Positions 63,184 through 64,000 of a stretch of DNA of 64,000 bases are shown one piece after another. Under the pieces are notes generated by a model that did no database searches, had not been told where the DNA came from, and worked only from the letters and a program-made list of their open reading frames with translations. A program made the position numbers and the translations under genes. Source of the stretch: Longimicrobiales bacterium (GTDB lineage: Bacteria; Gemmatimonadota; Gemmatimonadetes; Longimicrobiales; Gaopeijiaceae); the NCBI GenBank assembly GCA_965226375.1, contig CBDDCX010000006.1, positions 320,001 to 384,000 of the forward strand, given 5' to 3'. Positions within the stretch are counted from its first letter, which is position 1; every line of letters begins with the position of its first letter.

Positions 63184-63999
63184 TTAGCGCCGAACCTCTG
63201 CCGTGTCGGCCATGGCGTTCGCCAAACTGTCGGCCACCGCAGCCACCTCGATACGCTCCGCCTCCACGGCGGCCGCCCGCTCCGAGACGGGAACGATCCT
63301 GCCCCCGACCCTGATGGTAGGCTCAGTGCCCTCGGGGTCTCCACCCGCCGGAGCGAGTGCCGCCTCGCTGTAGCGACTCGAGGGATTCCACAGGATCCAC
63401 TCGTCGAATCCCGCATCGTAGGTAGCCTGGATCTGAGCCCGTACCTCGGGGGCCCCGTAGGCCGGTGCACCCAGTGTGAAGTCCTGAAGCCATGGGCGCG
63501 TCGTGCCCGCACCCTCGACCTCGGCGGAACGCTTGCGGGCGTCGCTGAGCGCTCTCTTCACGATCTCGTACGGATGGCCGTTCGGATCTTGAATGCCGAA
63601 GCTTCCGACCCAGTAGTGTGACGGGTAGACCATAGGCAGAGCGACATCCATGGCACCGATGAACTCCTCCCAGAGCTGGCCGATGCCAATGTCCGTGCGG
63701 GCGGAGGTGGTCACGCCGAACACGTCGGCGGTCATGGCCACATCGCCCAACTCCCGACGGGCGTACTCCAGAAACTCCCGGATCGCATCGGTTCGCCTCC
63801 GGGCTCCCTGTCCCGGATACCAGGCCCGGTTCAATTCCTCTTCGGGTGCGTCCGGAAAGCGAAGGTAGTCCCATTGGATCTCCGGGAAGCCGGCGGCCAC
63901 GGCCTCCTTGGCCAAGGCCACGTGATAGTCCCAGATCGCCGGGTCATACATGTTGGACCACACCAGGCCTTTGTCGTCCACCCAGACCCCACCCGCCGT
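63184..63999 (-). CDS. Putative glycoside hydrolase (DUF4015-like), 5' partial
   Basis: EIQWDYLRFP, ADVFG, IGQ, PMVYPSH, RPWLQDF, WILWN. Confidence 0.8.
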   Translation of the reverse strand, partial: TAGGVWVDDKGLVWSNMYDPAIWDYHVALAKEAVAAGFPEIQWDYLRFPDAPEEELNRAWYPGQGARRRTDAIREFLEYARRELGDVAMTADVFGVTTSARTDIGIGQLWEEFIGAMDVALPMVYPSHYWVGSFGIQDPNGHPYEIVKRALSDARKRSAEVEGAGTTRPWLQDFTLGAPAYGAPEVRAQIQATYDAGFDEWILWNPSSRYSEAALAPAGGDPEGTEPTIRVGGRIVPVSERAAAVEAERIEVAAVADSLANAMADTAEVRR

Positions 64000-64000
64000 G

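Overview
GC-rich bacterial chromosomal window. Gene content and style suggest Gemmatimonadota, but this is inference only. The backbone is housekeeping and peptide-utilisation genes: three S9 peptidases, a SelA-like PLP enzyme, CPA and CDF transporters, hemB-hemE, a frameshifted nirK, accA, ricT-like, metG, fadJ-like, xdhC/mocA-like, gyrA, an M16 pair, uvrA and an ABC transporter. Mobile or decayed DNA comprises a ~155-bp palindromic MITE-like element (651-808), a complete group IIC intron behind a terminator (~16205-18104), a zone of fused gene fragments (8690-9694), an integrase-less island relic between tRNA-Ile and a damaged tRNA-Asn (25707-30596; tandem IS3, IS481 stub, HGGxSTG-like gene, 12-bp-period repeats), and an IS481 remnant splitting a TPR gene. 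Several lesions look like long-read or consensus errors. I found no clearly new multi-gene system; the best leads are the tRNA-bounded relic, the MITE-like element and two apparently catalytically dead signalling domains. All family calls come from motif recognition by eye, not database searches.
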